From a bacterium (GTDB lineage Bacteria > Patescibacteriota > Gracilibacteria > JAUYGZ01): a stretch of DNA of 64,000 bases. The DNA lies in contig JAUYGZ010000011.1 of NCBI GenBank assembly GCA_030690415.1, forward strand, positions 6,269 through 70,268, in the 5' to 3' direction. Below are positions 45,490-55,581 of this stretch, piece by piece. The number at the start of each line of letters is the position of its first letter. Within the stretch, counting starts at the first letter, position 1. Below the pieces are notes generated by a model that made no database searches, was not told where the DNA came from, and saw only the letters and a program-made list of their open reading frames with translations. The translations under genes were made by a program, and so were the position numbers.

Positions 45490-45566
45490 CGGGGTGTAGC
45501 GCAGTTGGCTAGCGCGCTTGCATGGGGTGCAAGAGGTCGTGGGTTCAAGTCCCGCCACTCCGACCA
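45490..45566 (+). tRNA. tRNA-Pro (GGG)
   Basis: Cloverleaf cggggtg...cactccg-a-cca; anticodon arm cttgc-at GGG gt-gcaag; T-loop ttcaagt. Confidence 0.97.
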
Positions 45567-45618
45567 TTCATACAAAAACAAAATCCTCGTCTATTCTATT
45601 CATCTTTTCATCACACCC

Positions 45619-46836
45619 ATGAAACACCGACACCTGAGTACACTTTTCATAGGCCTTCTCACCATCACCCTCTCCATCCTTAGTGTCATCCATGTCGAGG
45701 CAGCTAAGGACTGCCACAGCGGCTCATTTGGATATGGGTACTCGAATTGTGAGGTTGTAACGTCCTTCAACGACACAGCCGAACACACCTACAATAAGGC
45801 TATCCTTTACGCCCAGGAGCGAGAAATTGTGAAAGGCTACGATGACGGCACTTTCAAGCCGGACAACCCCGTCAACAGAGCGGAGTTCACGAAAATCATT
45901 GTTGAAGCTTTGATCGGAAGAAATCCGACGGAATTTGCCGACACCTGCTTCCCTGATATCGAAAAGGATATCTGGTTCTCCAGCTATGTCTGCTACGCCA
46001 AAGAAGAAGGCCTGATCAAAGGCTACCCTGATGGGACATTCCAACCAGTGAATAACATCAACTTTGTAGAAGTCTCCAAAATCCTTACAGTCGCCTTCCG
46101 GATCAATCACAGAGACGCTGAGGATGGGGAAGACTGGTTTACCCCCTTTGTCGTCGCACTCAGTGATCATCATTTCATCCCTGGGACAGTCCGTGTTCTT
46201 TGGCAACCGATAACGAGAGGTGAAATGGCTGAGCTGATTATGCGCTTCAAAGAAGAGATCTCAACGCTGCCATCATTAAACGCTTGTGACTTTATCCCCA
46301 TCCTTTGTCCCGGGAATGCTTTGGAGGGATATGGAGACCGCTTTATTGGAAATGTAGACATGAAGACAGTCCGCCAAACCTGGCTTGACTGGTACAACAC
46401 AGAGAGACGAAAACTAGGCCTCCATGACTACGTCTACAATAGAGAGCTCAACCGAACCGCCTATCTCTGGTCACAGGAAATGGCGGATAGAAATGAAACA
46501 AATCATAAAAGGGTAGGCCAAACAGAATACTATGACTACAATATGATTTCCGATTGGTTTAAAAACATCGGTGTAGAATTTGAAAACATCAACACCGTAA
46601 CCTTCACTGAAAACATCGGTTGGGGGCCTTTTGTTTGCGAAGGTTCGAATTGCACCCTGCAACTCCTCGATGCTATCAAATCAACCTTTGATATGTATAT
46701 GGGGGAAAAAGATAAAGAAGACCGCTCTCACTACAACAGTGTCATGAATAAATACTTCAACGAAGTTGGCTTAGGGATTGTTTTGAAAAATAAGAAATAC
46801 TACCTCACAGTACACTACGGGACCCGCCTGCAATAA
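45619..46836 (+). CDS. Secreted S-layer homology (SLH) + CAP/SCP domain protein
   Basis: Signal peptide MKHRHLSTLFIGLL...; SLH motifs GYDDGTFKPDNPVNRAEF and GYPDGTFQPVNNIN; CAP motifs NTERRKLGL, ENIGWG, HYNSVMNKYFNEVGLG. Confidence 0.9.
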   Translation: MKHRHLSTLFIGLLTITLSILSVIHVEAAKDCHSGSFGYGYSNCEVVTSFNDTAEHTYNKAILYAQEREIVKGYDDGTFKPDNPVNRAEFTKIIVEALIGRNPTEFADTCFPDIEKDIWFSSYVCYAKEEGLIKGYPDGTFQPVNNINFVEVSKILTVAFRINHRDAEDGEDWFTPFVVALSDHHFIPGTVRVLWQPITRGEMAELIMRFKEEISTLPSLNACDFIPILCPGNALEGYGDRFIGNVDMKTVRQTWLDWYNTERRKLGLHDYVYNRELNRTAYLWSQEMADRNETNHKRVGQTEYYDYNMISDWFKNIGVEFENINTVTFTENIGWGPFVCEGSNCTLQLLDAIKSTFDMYMGEKDKEDRSHYNSVMNKYFNEVGLGIVLKNKKYYLTVHYGTRLQ

Positions 46837-46838
46837 TT

Positions 46839-48365
46839 TCACTCCTCCGTATACCGAAGGACATCTCGAAAACGAAAATACTCCAATAGTCTGAGGCCGG
46901 TATATCGCCCGAGAAATAAATTGGCGACAATGAAAAGAAGGAGTGTCTCCGGATGTGACATCAGGAGAACTTGTAGAACGTCCCAGGAAACGAGAAGATA
47001 TCCGAGTGATGAAATCACCAATGTCTCAAGAAAAGCTCTTATCAGAGACCAGAGCCCTTTTTCTCCTTCGACCCCGGAGACACGATCTATCATTGCGGCA
47101 AGAATCACCAGTATCAGTGAGCTGGTGAGATCAAACGTCGTATCGGTAAGGGAGAGAATAGCTCCCATAATAAAAAGAAGGGTAACACCAAGAAAGGAAA
47201 TCTGAACCCCTACTTTTGCGGTATAAAGGAGATGTCGTTGTGAAAGGAGAAGACGGATAAGGTAACCGATCAGGGCTAATACAACGATCGTCACAATTCC
47301 CACCTGCCAGCCTAAAACTAGAAAGGAATAGGTGAAAACAAGAGGGAGTCGTGCGCCAACGGAAGAAAACCCGATCACAAGACGAAGAAAGGTGATCAGA
47401 GTAATGATAACAGGAAGAAAGAGAACAAGAAGAAGGACGGAATCCTCAACTCCTCTTTTCTGAAGTGCTGAAATTCCGTAGCTCGGAAGAGAAAACACAT
47501 TAAATTCAGACTCGGAAACAGCATCGATGACCTCAACATCATATGCCCTGGATCGAATGACATCGACCACATCTCTCCCTTCCTCAAGGGTAAAAAACTC
47601 ATCCAACGCTTCCCGTCGGGTAATAATAATACGCTGGGGAGAGAGAACAGAATAAACACCAGACAAAATATTTTTAATCAGTCCGATATTGCCATCTGTC
47701 ACAACCACCAGATCTTTCCGTTGGAGATCTAAACGACCAGAAAAACTATTCAAAATCGTCATAAGATCGACCCGATCGGTCCAGAGAATAACTCGTTCAC
47801 TCTTCTGAATATCCTCGAGGTGCTCCTCAATCCGGTCAAGAACACGATTTTTCAATCGTAAACTGATTGCAGCCCTGATATTCTGCAAATAGACATTCTG
47901 GTCTTCAGAACTCTTTGCTAACGACTCAATACGCTCGATGCTCTGACTTTGGTCGGCAATCAAAAAGAGAGAGCGTTCATAGGCAAAGACTTCTTTGATA
48001 TACTCTGAGGACTGAATCGGCTTTCCCTCTTCAAATAACCATGAAATGGAGATTTTAACATTATACCGTCCTGGACGACGAAAAATATGCACCACTTCTT
48101 CCTGTGAACTAAATTCACCATCACCAAACTCCCACAGGTATTCCAAGACTCTGGCTCCCTCGGGGAGTGATACTGTTTCTACCTTAAAAATAATATTTTT
48201 CCCTACCTCAATACTGTTATCGGACTGTATTGTAGGGGTAAACACCACTTCCTGAAGTGCTGTTTCGTCTAAAATATCTTGTTCTTGAGCAAAAACAAGA
48301 CCCCCATTCATAAATGAAAAAATTCCTAAAATAATCATGATCCAGAGCACAGACTTCATTCTCAT
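46839..48365 (-). CDS. PKD-domain + 7TM (7TM_transglut-like) membrane protein
   Basis: PKD motif YLWEFGDGE...HIFRRPGRYNVKI; C-terminal multi-TM region ending GRYTGLRLLEYFRF. Confidence 0.8.
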   Translation of the reverse strand: MRMKSVLWIMIILGIFSFMNGGLVFAQEQDILDETALQEVVFTPTIQSDNSIEVGKNIIFKVETVSLPEGARVLEYLWEFGDGEFSSQEEVVHIFRRPGRYNVKISISWLFEEGKPIQSSEYIKEVFAYERSLFLIADQSQSIERIESLAKSSEDQNVYLQNIRAAISLRLKNRVLDRIEEHLEDIQKSERVILWTDRVDLMTILNSFSGRLDLQRKDLVVVTDGNIGLIKNILSGVYSVLSPQRIIITRREALDEFFTLEEGRDVVDVIRSRAYDVEVIDAVSESEFNVFSLPSYGISALQKRGVEDSVLLLVLFLPVIITLITFLRLVIGFSSVGARLPLVFTYSFLVLGWQVGIVTIVVLALIGYLIRLLLSQRHLLYTAKVGVQISFLGVTLLFIMGAILSLTDTTFDLTSSLILVILAAMIDRVSGVEGEKGLWSLIRAFLETLVISSLGYLLVSWDVLQVLLMSHPETLLLFIVANLFLGRYTGLRLLEYFRFRDVLRYTEE

Positions 48366-48658
48366 AGCTGTTGAATAAGTAGAATTAAAGAGAATATATA
48401 TATTAAATAATAATCATAATAAGAATCACAAAAACTTTTCCCCTCCACTTGCTCTAAAAGAGCTTATCACCATTAATAATGGTGCAAAAGTCATAAAATC
48501 TGTTCAAAAGCTGTTGATAACACTGCGCTGGGGAAAAGAGAAAACATTTAAATCGGAAAACAAAGAAGCAAAACTTGTGAAGATCCGACACGACCTCCTG
48601 AACAACAAAAGATTCTTTGCACAGATCAAAAAATCACAACAAACAGGTTTTACACCCA

Positions 48659-49399
48659 TCACAAACTTTTCAACACACTCTCTGAAAAGGAGGCATTGGT
48701 AAAAACCTCGTCCACATCCTCATCATCCTCCAGGAGCTCGATGAGATGCACAATCTCTTTCCCCTTTTGAACATCATTCACTTCTTTTTCCTCTTGAGGC
48801 ACAAGCGAGATTTCCGATTTTTGAACAGGGAGATTGTTGAAAACTTTCAAACACTGTTCAAAAGCCTCAGGACTGGTTTGTACCCTAACAGCAGCACCCT
48901 CCCAAAACACATCATCCGCACCGGCGTCGATCAACTCGAGCTCAAAAGCATCATGATCAATGGTAACCTTATCAGCCTCAATAATTCCTTTTCGTTCAAA
49001 CATCCAGGCTACACAACCACTTCCACCAAGGTTTCCGTGGTTTTTTGTCATAATGGTACGAACATTCGTTAAGGAGCGGTTCGTATTGTCTGTGAGTGCC
49101 AGAATAAGGATAGCGACACCTTCTGGTCCGTATCCCTCGTAAATCACTTCTTCCAGGCGGTCTCCTTTGAGCTCACCGGTCCCCTTTTTTACCGCCCTTT
49201 CAATATTGTCATTCGGAACCCCTGCCGACTTTGCCTTTTGAATCGCCACCCGAAGAGTGGGGTTTGTGTCTGGATCTCCACCACCCTGCTGCGCGGCGAC
49301 GGTGATCAGCTTCGCCATTCTCGTGAAGACCTTTCCTTTTTTTGAGTCAGCCGCAGCCTTTTTATGCTTGATATTAGCCCACTTACTGTGTCCTGACAT
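48659..49399 (-). CDS. yebC: YebC/PmpR family protein
   Basis: MSGHSKWANIKHKK, GGGDPDTNPTLR, YEGYGPEG, LEDDEDVDEVFTN. Confidence 0.97.
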   Translation of the reverse strand: MSGHSKWANIKHKKAAADSKKGKVFTRMAKLITVAAQQGGGDPDTNPTLRVAIQKAKSAGVPNDNIERAVKKGTGELKGDRLEEVIYEGYGPEGVAILILALTDNTNRSLTNVRTIMTKNHGNLGGSGCVAWMFERKGIIEADKVTIDHDAFELELIDAGADDVFWEGAAVRVQTSPEAFEQCLKVFNNLPVQKSEISLVPQEEKEVNDVQKGKEIVHLIELLEDDEDVDEVFTNASFSESVLKSL

Positions 49400-49497
49400 A
49401 AAAAAGAACATGAAAAACCAAGGGGAATTCTATCATAAAACCCTTTGCAGAGACAAAGTATGGTCCTATAATAGTGTTCCTCTAAAAAATCTCAAGC

Positions 49498-51279
49498 ATG
49501 GGCGGACACACCATGACGGAAAACGAAAGCGACACCGCTGAAGAACTTCAGGCAGCTTTTGACGCACCGGCATATGGCGAAAAAGGGAAAGAAAAAGAAG
49601 AAGACCAAAAAAACCCAAATGATGCTCAGGTAGAAGACATTGACCGTCAACTCGATGCCGCGCATAAAAAAGGCATCATCTGTACCCGAGACAAAATGAC
49701 CCTTTGGGGAAGGATTCACAGCCTGAGTGAAGAGGATAAAAAAAGAGCACCAGAGCTCATTAAAGAACACCTTAAAAAGAAGCAAAGCTATCTGGAGGAT
49801 TTTGACGAAGAACTTCAAAAAGCGGTAAAAAACGGGGACCTAACGGAAAATGAAGCGAAGAAAAAAATGAAAGAATATCAGGAAAAAAACGGAGAAACCC
49901 GAGAAAAAATGGCGGAAAGGGAGTTTCCGAAACAGCTCGAAGCCCTCAGGAAAGAGAAGAAAAAGTTTGAAGAACTCCTTCAGGAGTCTTCCCACTACTG
50001 CAAAGAAGGCAAACTTAGTTCAGAGGCAAAAAAAATGTGTGAGGATTATGAAGAGCTCGATGAGGCAGGAAAGAAAAAAGAAAAAAAGAATCTGATCCGT
50101 CGCATTGACCGAAGAAACAATGCCGCGAAGCTCTGCACGGGATACTACCAGGAAGCAAAGAATCTTTTCGAAGAAGGTGAATACAGTAAGGCTTTGAGAC
50201 TTATGAAGCGAAACATGAGAATCTGCGAGCACTATCCGGACTCTATCATGCTACAGGATTATCTTGAGTGGGCGGAAACCGATATTTCAAATCTCCAATG
50301 GGAAAAAGAACAATCTGATCACGTTCAGGATGCCAGAGAAGACAGGGATGACAGTATTAAATCAGGAGACCACGAGATGGCGCTTGAGACATCCAAAACC
50401 CTCGTTAACCTGACAAAAGAATGGCTTGAAACCACCTTTAGCGGATCAGACGAGGAGGAAAAACCAAGAGAGACGAAATGGATCACACCATTCATGAAAA
50501 AAAGCAGTGAGGAGGCGGAAAAAACCCATCAGGCACTTGTGAAAATTTACGAGCATCTTGTCCAGGAGGAGCAGGAGGAGGAGGGACAACTGGAGGAGGA
50601 ACAAGATCTTTTGGATCAGGAGATGTCAAAAGACGTCGCCATACAAGCACACATGAAGGCAGCAAGTGACACCCAGGAAGATATTGATACCCCTGAAACC
50701 CTACCCGTTTTTTCTCGGGTAATGAAGGAGGAAGGAGAAGAGGTTAAGGTGATTTATCATGACGAGGTGGAGGATTACACCGAGGAAGAGTTGGAAGATG
50801 AAAACACCATCGTCACCATCGATGAAGACAAGGATTTTGAACTCCAAAAAGACGAAGCGAAGGAAATCATGTCTGCCGACACTCCTATCCGGATGACTAA
50901 AGACGGCGAAGAGCTGGAAACCCGAAAGGAGGTTGAGGAAGAGCTTAATGAAAGGATGTTAGAGGGGGAAACAAGACTCCTTAATCGCCTCATAAAAGAA
51001 GGTAAGATTTCCCCCGATGTCGCTGATCAGGAAAGAAGAAGAATACGAAAAATGAGATCTACCGACCAGCTCGGGAAAACACTCCTCGAGGAAGACCGAC
51101 GATCTGGAAGGGGCATTGTACAAAGCGAAAGAAGGGATTGGAACGCCGAAAACATGGAGGAAATCCTGGAAGGGGTGAGAGAAAAAGACCAAAACCTACA
51201 GCACCCCCTCAATCAAGTCGCCAGTTTTCAAAGAAAGCGAAAGCAGAAACGTGTGGAGAGACTTGCTGAAGTGGCATAA
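49498..51279 (+). CDS. Hypothetical highly charged coiled-coil protein, 593 aa
   Basis: Long Glu/Lys-rich ORF; one TPR-like segment YQEAKNLFEEGEYSKAL. Confidence 0.8.
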   Translation: MGGHTMTENESDTAEELQAAFDAPAYGEKGKEKEEDQKNPNDAQVEDIDRQLDAAHKKGIICTRDKMTLWGRIHSLSEEDKKRAPELIKEHLKKKQSYLEDFDEELQKAVKNGDLTENEAKKKMKEYQEKNGETREKMAEREFPKQLEALRKEKKKFEELLQESSHYCKEGKLSSEAKKMCEDYEELDEAGKKKEKKNLIRRIDRRNNAAKLCTGYYQEAKNLFEEGEYSKALRLMKRNMRICEHYPDSIMLQDYLEWAETDISNLQWEKEQSDHVQDAREDRDDSIKSGDHEMALETSKTLVNLTKEWLETTFSGSDEEEKPRETKWITPFMKKSSEEAEKTHQALVKIYEHLVQEEQEEEGQLEEEQDLLDQEMSKDVAIQAHMKAASDTQEDIDTPETLPVFSRVMKEEGEEVKVIYHDEVEDYTEEELEDENTIVTIDEDKDFELQKDEAKEIMSADTPIRMTKDGEELETRKEVEEELNERMLEGETRLLNRLIKEGKISPDVADQERRRIRKMRSTDQLGKTLLEEDRRSGRGIVQSERRDWNAENMEEILEGVREKDQNLQHPLNQVASFQRKRKQKRVERLAEVA

Positions 51280-51299
51280 AAAAAACACGCTGAAAAACC

Positions 51300-51340
51300 T
51301 TGACCATAAAAACTTAGCACTCTATACTGGTGAGTGCTAA
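51300..51340 (+). promoter_or_regulatory. dnaK promoter overlapping a perfect CIRCE operator
   Basis: CIRCE TTAGCACTC-N9-GAGTGCTAA at 51314-51340; -35 TTGACC (51300) N17 -10 TATACT (51323). Confidence 0.95.
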
Positions 51341-51379
51341 GTTTTCCATTTTTAAATTTTACATTTTTAATTCACTGCC

Positions 51380-53326
51380 ATGTCAAAAATAATAGGAATC
51401 GACCTTGGGACGACCAATAGCTGTATTGCCTTTATGGAGGCAGGAAAACCAAAGGTGATCGAAAACGCGGAAGGCGATCGTACGACCCCCTCCGTTGTTG
51501 CCGTCAGAGAAGGACAGCGTCTCGCGGGGAAGACGGCAAAAAATCAGGCTGTCGTAAACCCGGAAAACACCATTTTTTCCGCAAAACGATTTATCGGACG
51601 TCAATTCGACGAGGTCACCGAAGAGTCTAAAAACTTCCCTTTCAAAGTCGCGAAAGGCTCCAAGGGAGAGGCGGAAATTCTGATGGACGGCAAACAGCAC
51701 CGCCCGGCGGAGATCTCCGCGATGGTTCTCCAAAAGCTCAAGGCAGATGCTGAGGCCTTCCTCGGTGAGCCAGTGACGAAAGCGGTGATTACGGTCCCCG
51801 CCTACTTCAACGACTCCCAAAGACAGGCGACCAAAGACGCGGGAAAGATCGCCGGTCTTGAGGTCGAACGCATTATCAATGAACCAACGGCAGCAGCCTT
51901 CGCTTACGGACTTGATAAAAAAGGCAAAGAACTGACGGTTGCGGTATTTGACCTAGGAGGAGGGACTTTCGATATTTCCATCATCGAGATTGGAGACGGG
52001 GTGACCAAGGTGTTGTCTACAAATGGAGATACTCACCTCGGAGGAGACGACTTCGACCACGCCATCATCGAATGGCTTTTGAAGCAGTTCAAATCCGACA
52101 CGGGAGTCGACCTCAGCAACGACCCCATGGCTATGCAGCGACTCAAGGAGACGACAGAGAAGGCGAAAAAAGAGCTTTCGACAACCACCGAAACCGACAT
52201 CAACCTCCCATTTATTACTGCGGACGCGAGCGGGCCAAAGCACATGAACGTCAAGCTCAGCCGGGCGAAATTGGAAGAGTTGGTTTCCGAGCTGATTCAG
52301 CGAACAATCGATCCTTGTGAAAAAGCGATAAAGGATTCAGGACTCAGTAAGGGGGACATCAACGAAGTGATTCTCGTCGGAGGAATGACCAGAATGCCTG
52401 CGGTACAGGACAAGGTGAAAGAAATTTTTGGGAAAGAACCTTCCAAAAACGTCAACCCCGATGAAGTCGTCGCCATGGGAGCCGCTATCCAGGGTGGAAT
52501 TCTTCAAGGAGACGTAAAGGACGTCCTTCTCCTCGATGTGACCCCCCTTTCCCTGTCCATTGAGACCATGGGAGGCATCGCGACACCGATGATCAAGCGA
52601 AACACCACCATTCCCACGAGCCATAGTCAGGTCTTCTCCACCGCGGCTGACAATCAGCCGGCGGTTGAAATCCATGTGACCCAGGGGGAGCGGGAAATGG
52701 CGGAAGGCAATAAATCTCTTGGGAAATTTATTCTCGATGGCATCTCTCCCGCACCTCGAGGAGTCCCACAAGTGGAGGTCACCTTCGATATCGATGCCAA
52801 CGGAATTCTGAACGTCAAAGCCAAGGATAAGGGAACTGGAAAAGAACAGCACATTACCATCCAAGGTTCTTCCGGCCTGAGCGAGGAGGAAATCGAAAAG
52901 ATGCAGAAAGAGGCTGAGGCCCATGCGGAAGAAGACAAGGCAAGAAAAGAATCCGCTGAATCAAGAAACAAGGCCGACTCAGCTATCTATCAGGTAGGAA
53001 AATCCATGAGTGACCTGGGCGACAAGGTGACCGAAGAAGAAAAGAAGGAGCCACAAGAAAAGCTTGAGGCACTGAAAGAGTTGCTCAAAAAATCGGATGC
53101 GGGGAAAGAAGAGATTGAAAAGGCGACGGAAGAGCTCCTGAAAGCCTCCCAAGCTATCGGCGAAAAGCTCTATCAGCAGCAGGCAGAGCAAGGACAAGCT
53201 GAAGCCATGAAGAGTGAGGATGGCGTAGAGGTAAAAGAGACGGAGAGGAAAGAAGATGTGGTTGACGCAAAAGTCGTGGAAGAAGATGAGCAGAAGAAAG
53301 ACGACAAGGAAGATAAGGAGAAATAA
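51380..53326 (+). CDS. dnaK: Chaperone DnaK (Hsp70)
   Basis: [49 protein letters not shown]. Confidence 0.99.
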   Translation: MSKIIGIDLGTTNSCIAFMEAGKPKVIENAEGDRTTPSVVAVREGQRLAGKTAKNQAVVNPENTIFSAKRFIGRQFDEVTEESKNFPFKVAKGSKGEAEILMDGKQHRPAEISAMVLQKLKADAEAFLGEPVTKAVITVPAYFNDSQRQATKDAGKIAGLEVERIINEPTAAAFAYGLDKKGKELTVAVFDLGGGTFDISIIEIGDGVTKVLSTNGDTHLGGDDFDHAIIEWLLKQFKSDTGVDLSNDPMAMQRLKETTEKAKKELSTTTETDINLPFITADASGPKHMNVKLSRAKLEELVSELIQRTIDPCEKAIKDSGLSKGDINEVILVGGMTRMPAVQDKVKEIFGKEPSKNVNPDEVVAMGAAIQGGILQGDVKDVLLLDVTPLSLSIETMGGIATPMIKRNTTIPTSHSQVFSTAADNQPAVEIHVTQGEREMAEGNKSLGKFILDGISPAPRGVPQVEVTFDIDANGILNVKAKDKGTGKEQHITIQGSSGLSEEEIEKMQKEAEAHAEEDKARKESAESRNKADSAIYQVGKSMSDLGDKVTEEEKKEPQEKLEALKELLKKSDAGKEEIEKATEELLKASQAIGEKLYQQQAEQGQAEAMKSEDGVEVKETERKEDVVDAKVVEEDEQKKDDKEDKEK

Positions 53327-53347
53327 ATCACTCAAAGATAAATCAAC

Positions 53348-53376
53348 AGCGGTCTCAAGCGACGAGACCGCTTTTT
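53348..53376 (+). terminator. Intrinsic terminator after dnaK
   Basis: agcggtctc-aagcgac-gagaccgct-ttttt. Confidence 0.85.
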
Positions 53377-53475
53377 AAAAATCAAATAATATTTACAAAG
53401 CCAGTCAATGAGAAAGCACCGCAGACAACTCCTCTTTTGCCGTAGAATAAGAGCGACAACTCTTCTTGCGTCCGA

Positions 53476-54852
53476 ATGAAGAATATCACATATCAGCTAC
53501 TGTCTCTTGGCTTATCCATCACTATAACAAGCGGAGTGCTCGTGGTCGTCTTAGGAGGGTATATAGGGCTGGCACCATCAGCACTGCATGGCAATCCAGC
53601 GGGAGCTCAAGGAAACCTGTGTAGCCCTCAGACCACCCAGCTTACTCTCAACTTCACTATCTCTAACAAAATCCCAACCCGGCTCAAGTTTGACGAGGGG
53701 GGAAAAATTGAAGGGGGAAATGCCGCTGGGGTTCCGACGACGGGCAATGTTTACGCCCCTCCAATCCTAGTAGAAAGAGTGAAGTTTGACTGCCCACAAG
53801 GACTTACCTGTTGGGGAAACCACAGGTTTTTCCTCGGCGGTATTGGGGGCGCTCTTGTCGACGAGCTGATCTGGAACGGTTCAGTTGATCAAAACTATAC
53901 CAACCTTCAAGGGGGAGGGATGTTGATCGACTGGTACGAAGACCACACCTCGAATGGGGCGTTCGGGGCGCTTCCGGGGACCTTCCTTCCCGCGACCATT
54001 ATTACCTACAATCTCCAACAACAAACCACCCAGCTGAGTATCGCAGTCAACGAACTTGGACCATACAACGCTGGCGCCATTGCGACGGCCCTCGGAACCT
54101 TTTTTATCGATAACAGTGGCCAAAACGACCAAAAACTCTGGACTGAACAAACAGTCACCATTGCTCTGACAGGACCAGGAAAGATGGGACTCGGTTCACC
54201 TACAAGTACAACCCTCAAGAATCAGGCAGGCCAAATCGTCATCAGCAGCCTTGCACATGTGACCGATTTCATGAGCACTGTCCTGATGGTCTGTAAGGAC
54301 CAAAATAATAACGGAACCTGTGACGATCAGGAGTGCACCTTGGCCCAGTGCTCGGACACTATCGACAACGACGCCGATGGCAAAATCGACTTTCCAACCG
54401 ACCCTGGATGTGAGAGCGCGTCGGATCTCAATGAAACTAATCCGCAGTGCAACGACGGCCTGGACAACGACGGTGATGGGGAAATTGACTACCCGGATGA
54501 TATCGGCTGCCAGGCGCCAATAGACAATGATGAGATTAATCCTTCTATTGACCGGAATGTAGGATTTCAACAGTTGTCCAAACCTCAGCTCATCATCCAG
54601 CCAGCACTCGAGCAGGATGAACGCCTGGTCTTCGCGGCGCCATCAGCGGGATGGACACTCACGACCACTCCAGACGCATCTCTCTACATCGGCGGATCGT
54701 CTCCTGCAGACGACGGCAACTTTATCATTACAGCAGAGTACAAGGATCCAAACAATAATGTTTATTACGTCATTGTGGCTGTCGGCGACTACGAGCAGCA
54801 CAGCGCTCTCTCCACCAGTGGTGGACTTCCCTATTCAGGAGCAGCTTTCTAG
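53476..54852 (+). CDS. Secreted/anchored protein with two QCxDxxDNDxDGxIDxPxDxGC repeats
   Basis: N-terminal hydrophobic helix; QCSDTIDNDADGKIDFPTDPGC and QCNDGLDNDGDGEIDYPDDIGC. Confidence 0.8.
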   Translation: MKNITYQLLSLGLSITITSGVLVVVLGGYIGLAPSALHGNPAGAQGNLCSPQTTQLTLNFTISNKIPTRLKFDEGGKIEGGNAAGVPTTGNVYAPPILVERVKFDCPQGLTCWGNHRFFLGGIGGALVDELIWNGSVDQNYTNLQGGGMLIDWYEDHTSNGAFGALPGTFLPATIITYNLQQQTTQLSIAVNELGPYNAGAIATALGTFFIDNSGQNDQKLWTEQTVTIALTGPGKMGLGSPTSTTLKNQAGQIVISSLAHVTDFMSTVLMVCKDQNNNGTCDDQECTLAQCSDTIDNDADGKIDFPTDPGCESASDLNETNPQCNDGLDNDGDGEIDYPDDIGCQAPIDNDEINPSIDRNVGFQQLSKPQLIIQPALEQDERLVFAAPSAGWTLTTTPDASLYIGGSSPADDGNFIITAEYKDPNNNVYYVIVAVGDYEQHSALSTSGGLPYSGAAF

Positions 54853-54900
54853 CCCCCAGTACAGACGCATTGCAATGCGTCTCTACCCCCAACTCCCTTC

Positions 54901-55557
54901 ATGAAAAACTACCTCCCCAGCATCGCCCTCGTCATCACCTTCCTGATCATGCTCAGCATTATGCCGGGGCCGGATTATCTCGTGGCTCAAAGCATCACCG
55001 CTCAGTGTTCAGACGGACAAGACAACGACAACGACAGCAAGATTGACTATCCGAACGATACGGGCTGTCAAAACACACAGGATAACGACGAAACGAATCC
55101 CCCCTTCGACCGTGCTCTTCCGGGAGTTGGCGTGGGGTCAGGTGGCACGGTCGGGATGATTCAATACCCCATCAGCGTTCTTGCCAATCAGCCCAACAAC
55201 TACTTCATTGAGAAGAGGGATGGGGTAAACGTTGAGCGAGTACCTCTGCAAGTCGCCGCGCTCCCCAAAAAAACCGGCACGCCACTCATCAACGGCCAGC
55301 TCTACTGGCATCTTCTCAGTGGGCAGGATCAATCAGGGGAAGGGCATATTGCTCTGGCTCCAGGGAGACATTGGGACCTGAGCACGCTTCGAAATCCCAC
55401 CTACACCGAGGAGCCCCTGCTCAGCTTTTTCCAATCCGCGAATAATCTCACCCAATGTATTCAACAAGTGAAAACCTTTCCTTCGTCCCAAAGTTTTTTG
55501 GAGGACCCTTTCTTTTTCCAGCTCCTCCTGGATCTCCTCACCCTGTGCCAGCGCTAA
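54901..55557 (+). CDS. Secreted protein with one Cys/Asp repeat
   Basis: Signal peptide; QCSDGQDNDNDSKIDYPNDTGC. Confidence 0.75.
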   Translation: MKNYLPSIALVITFLIMLSIMPGPDYLVAQSITAQCSDGQDNDNDSKIDYPNDTGCQNTQDNDETNPPFDRALPGVGVGSGGTVGMIQYPISVLANQPNNYFIEKRDGVNVERVPLQVAALPKKTGTPLINGQLYWHLLSGQDQSGEGHIALAPGRHWDLSTLRNPTYTEEPLLSFFQSANNLTQCIQQVKTFPSSQSFLEDPFFFQLLLDLLTLCQR

Positions 55558-55581
55558 ATCATTCTTCATTTTTCATCAGCC

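Noticed and set aside
45397..45618. N-terminal extension of the SLH/CAP ORF in the track
   Set aside because: It overlaps tRNA-Pro; the signal peptide begins at ATG 45619.
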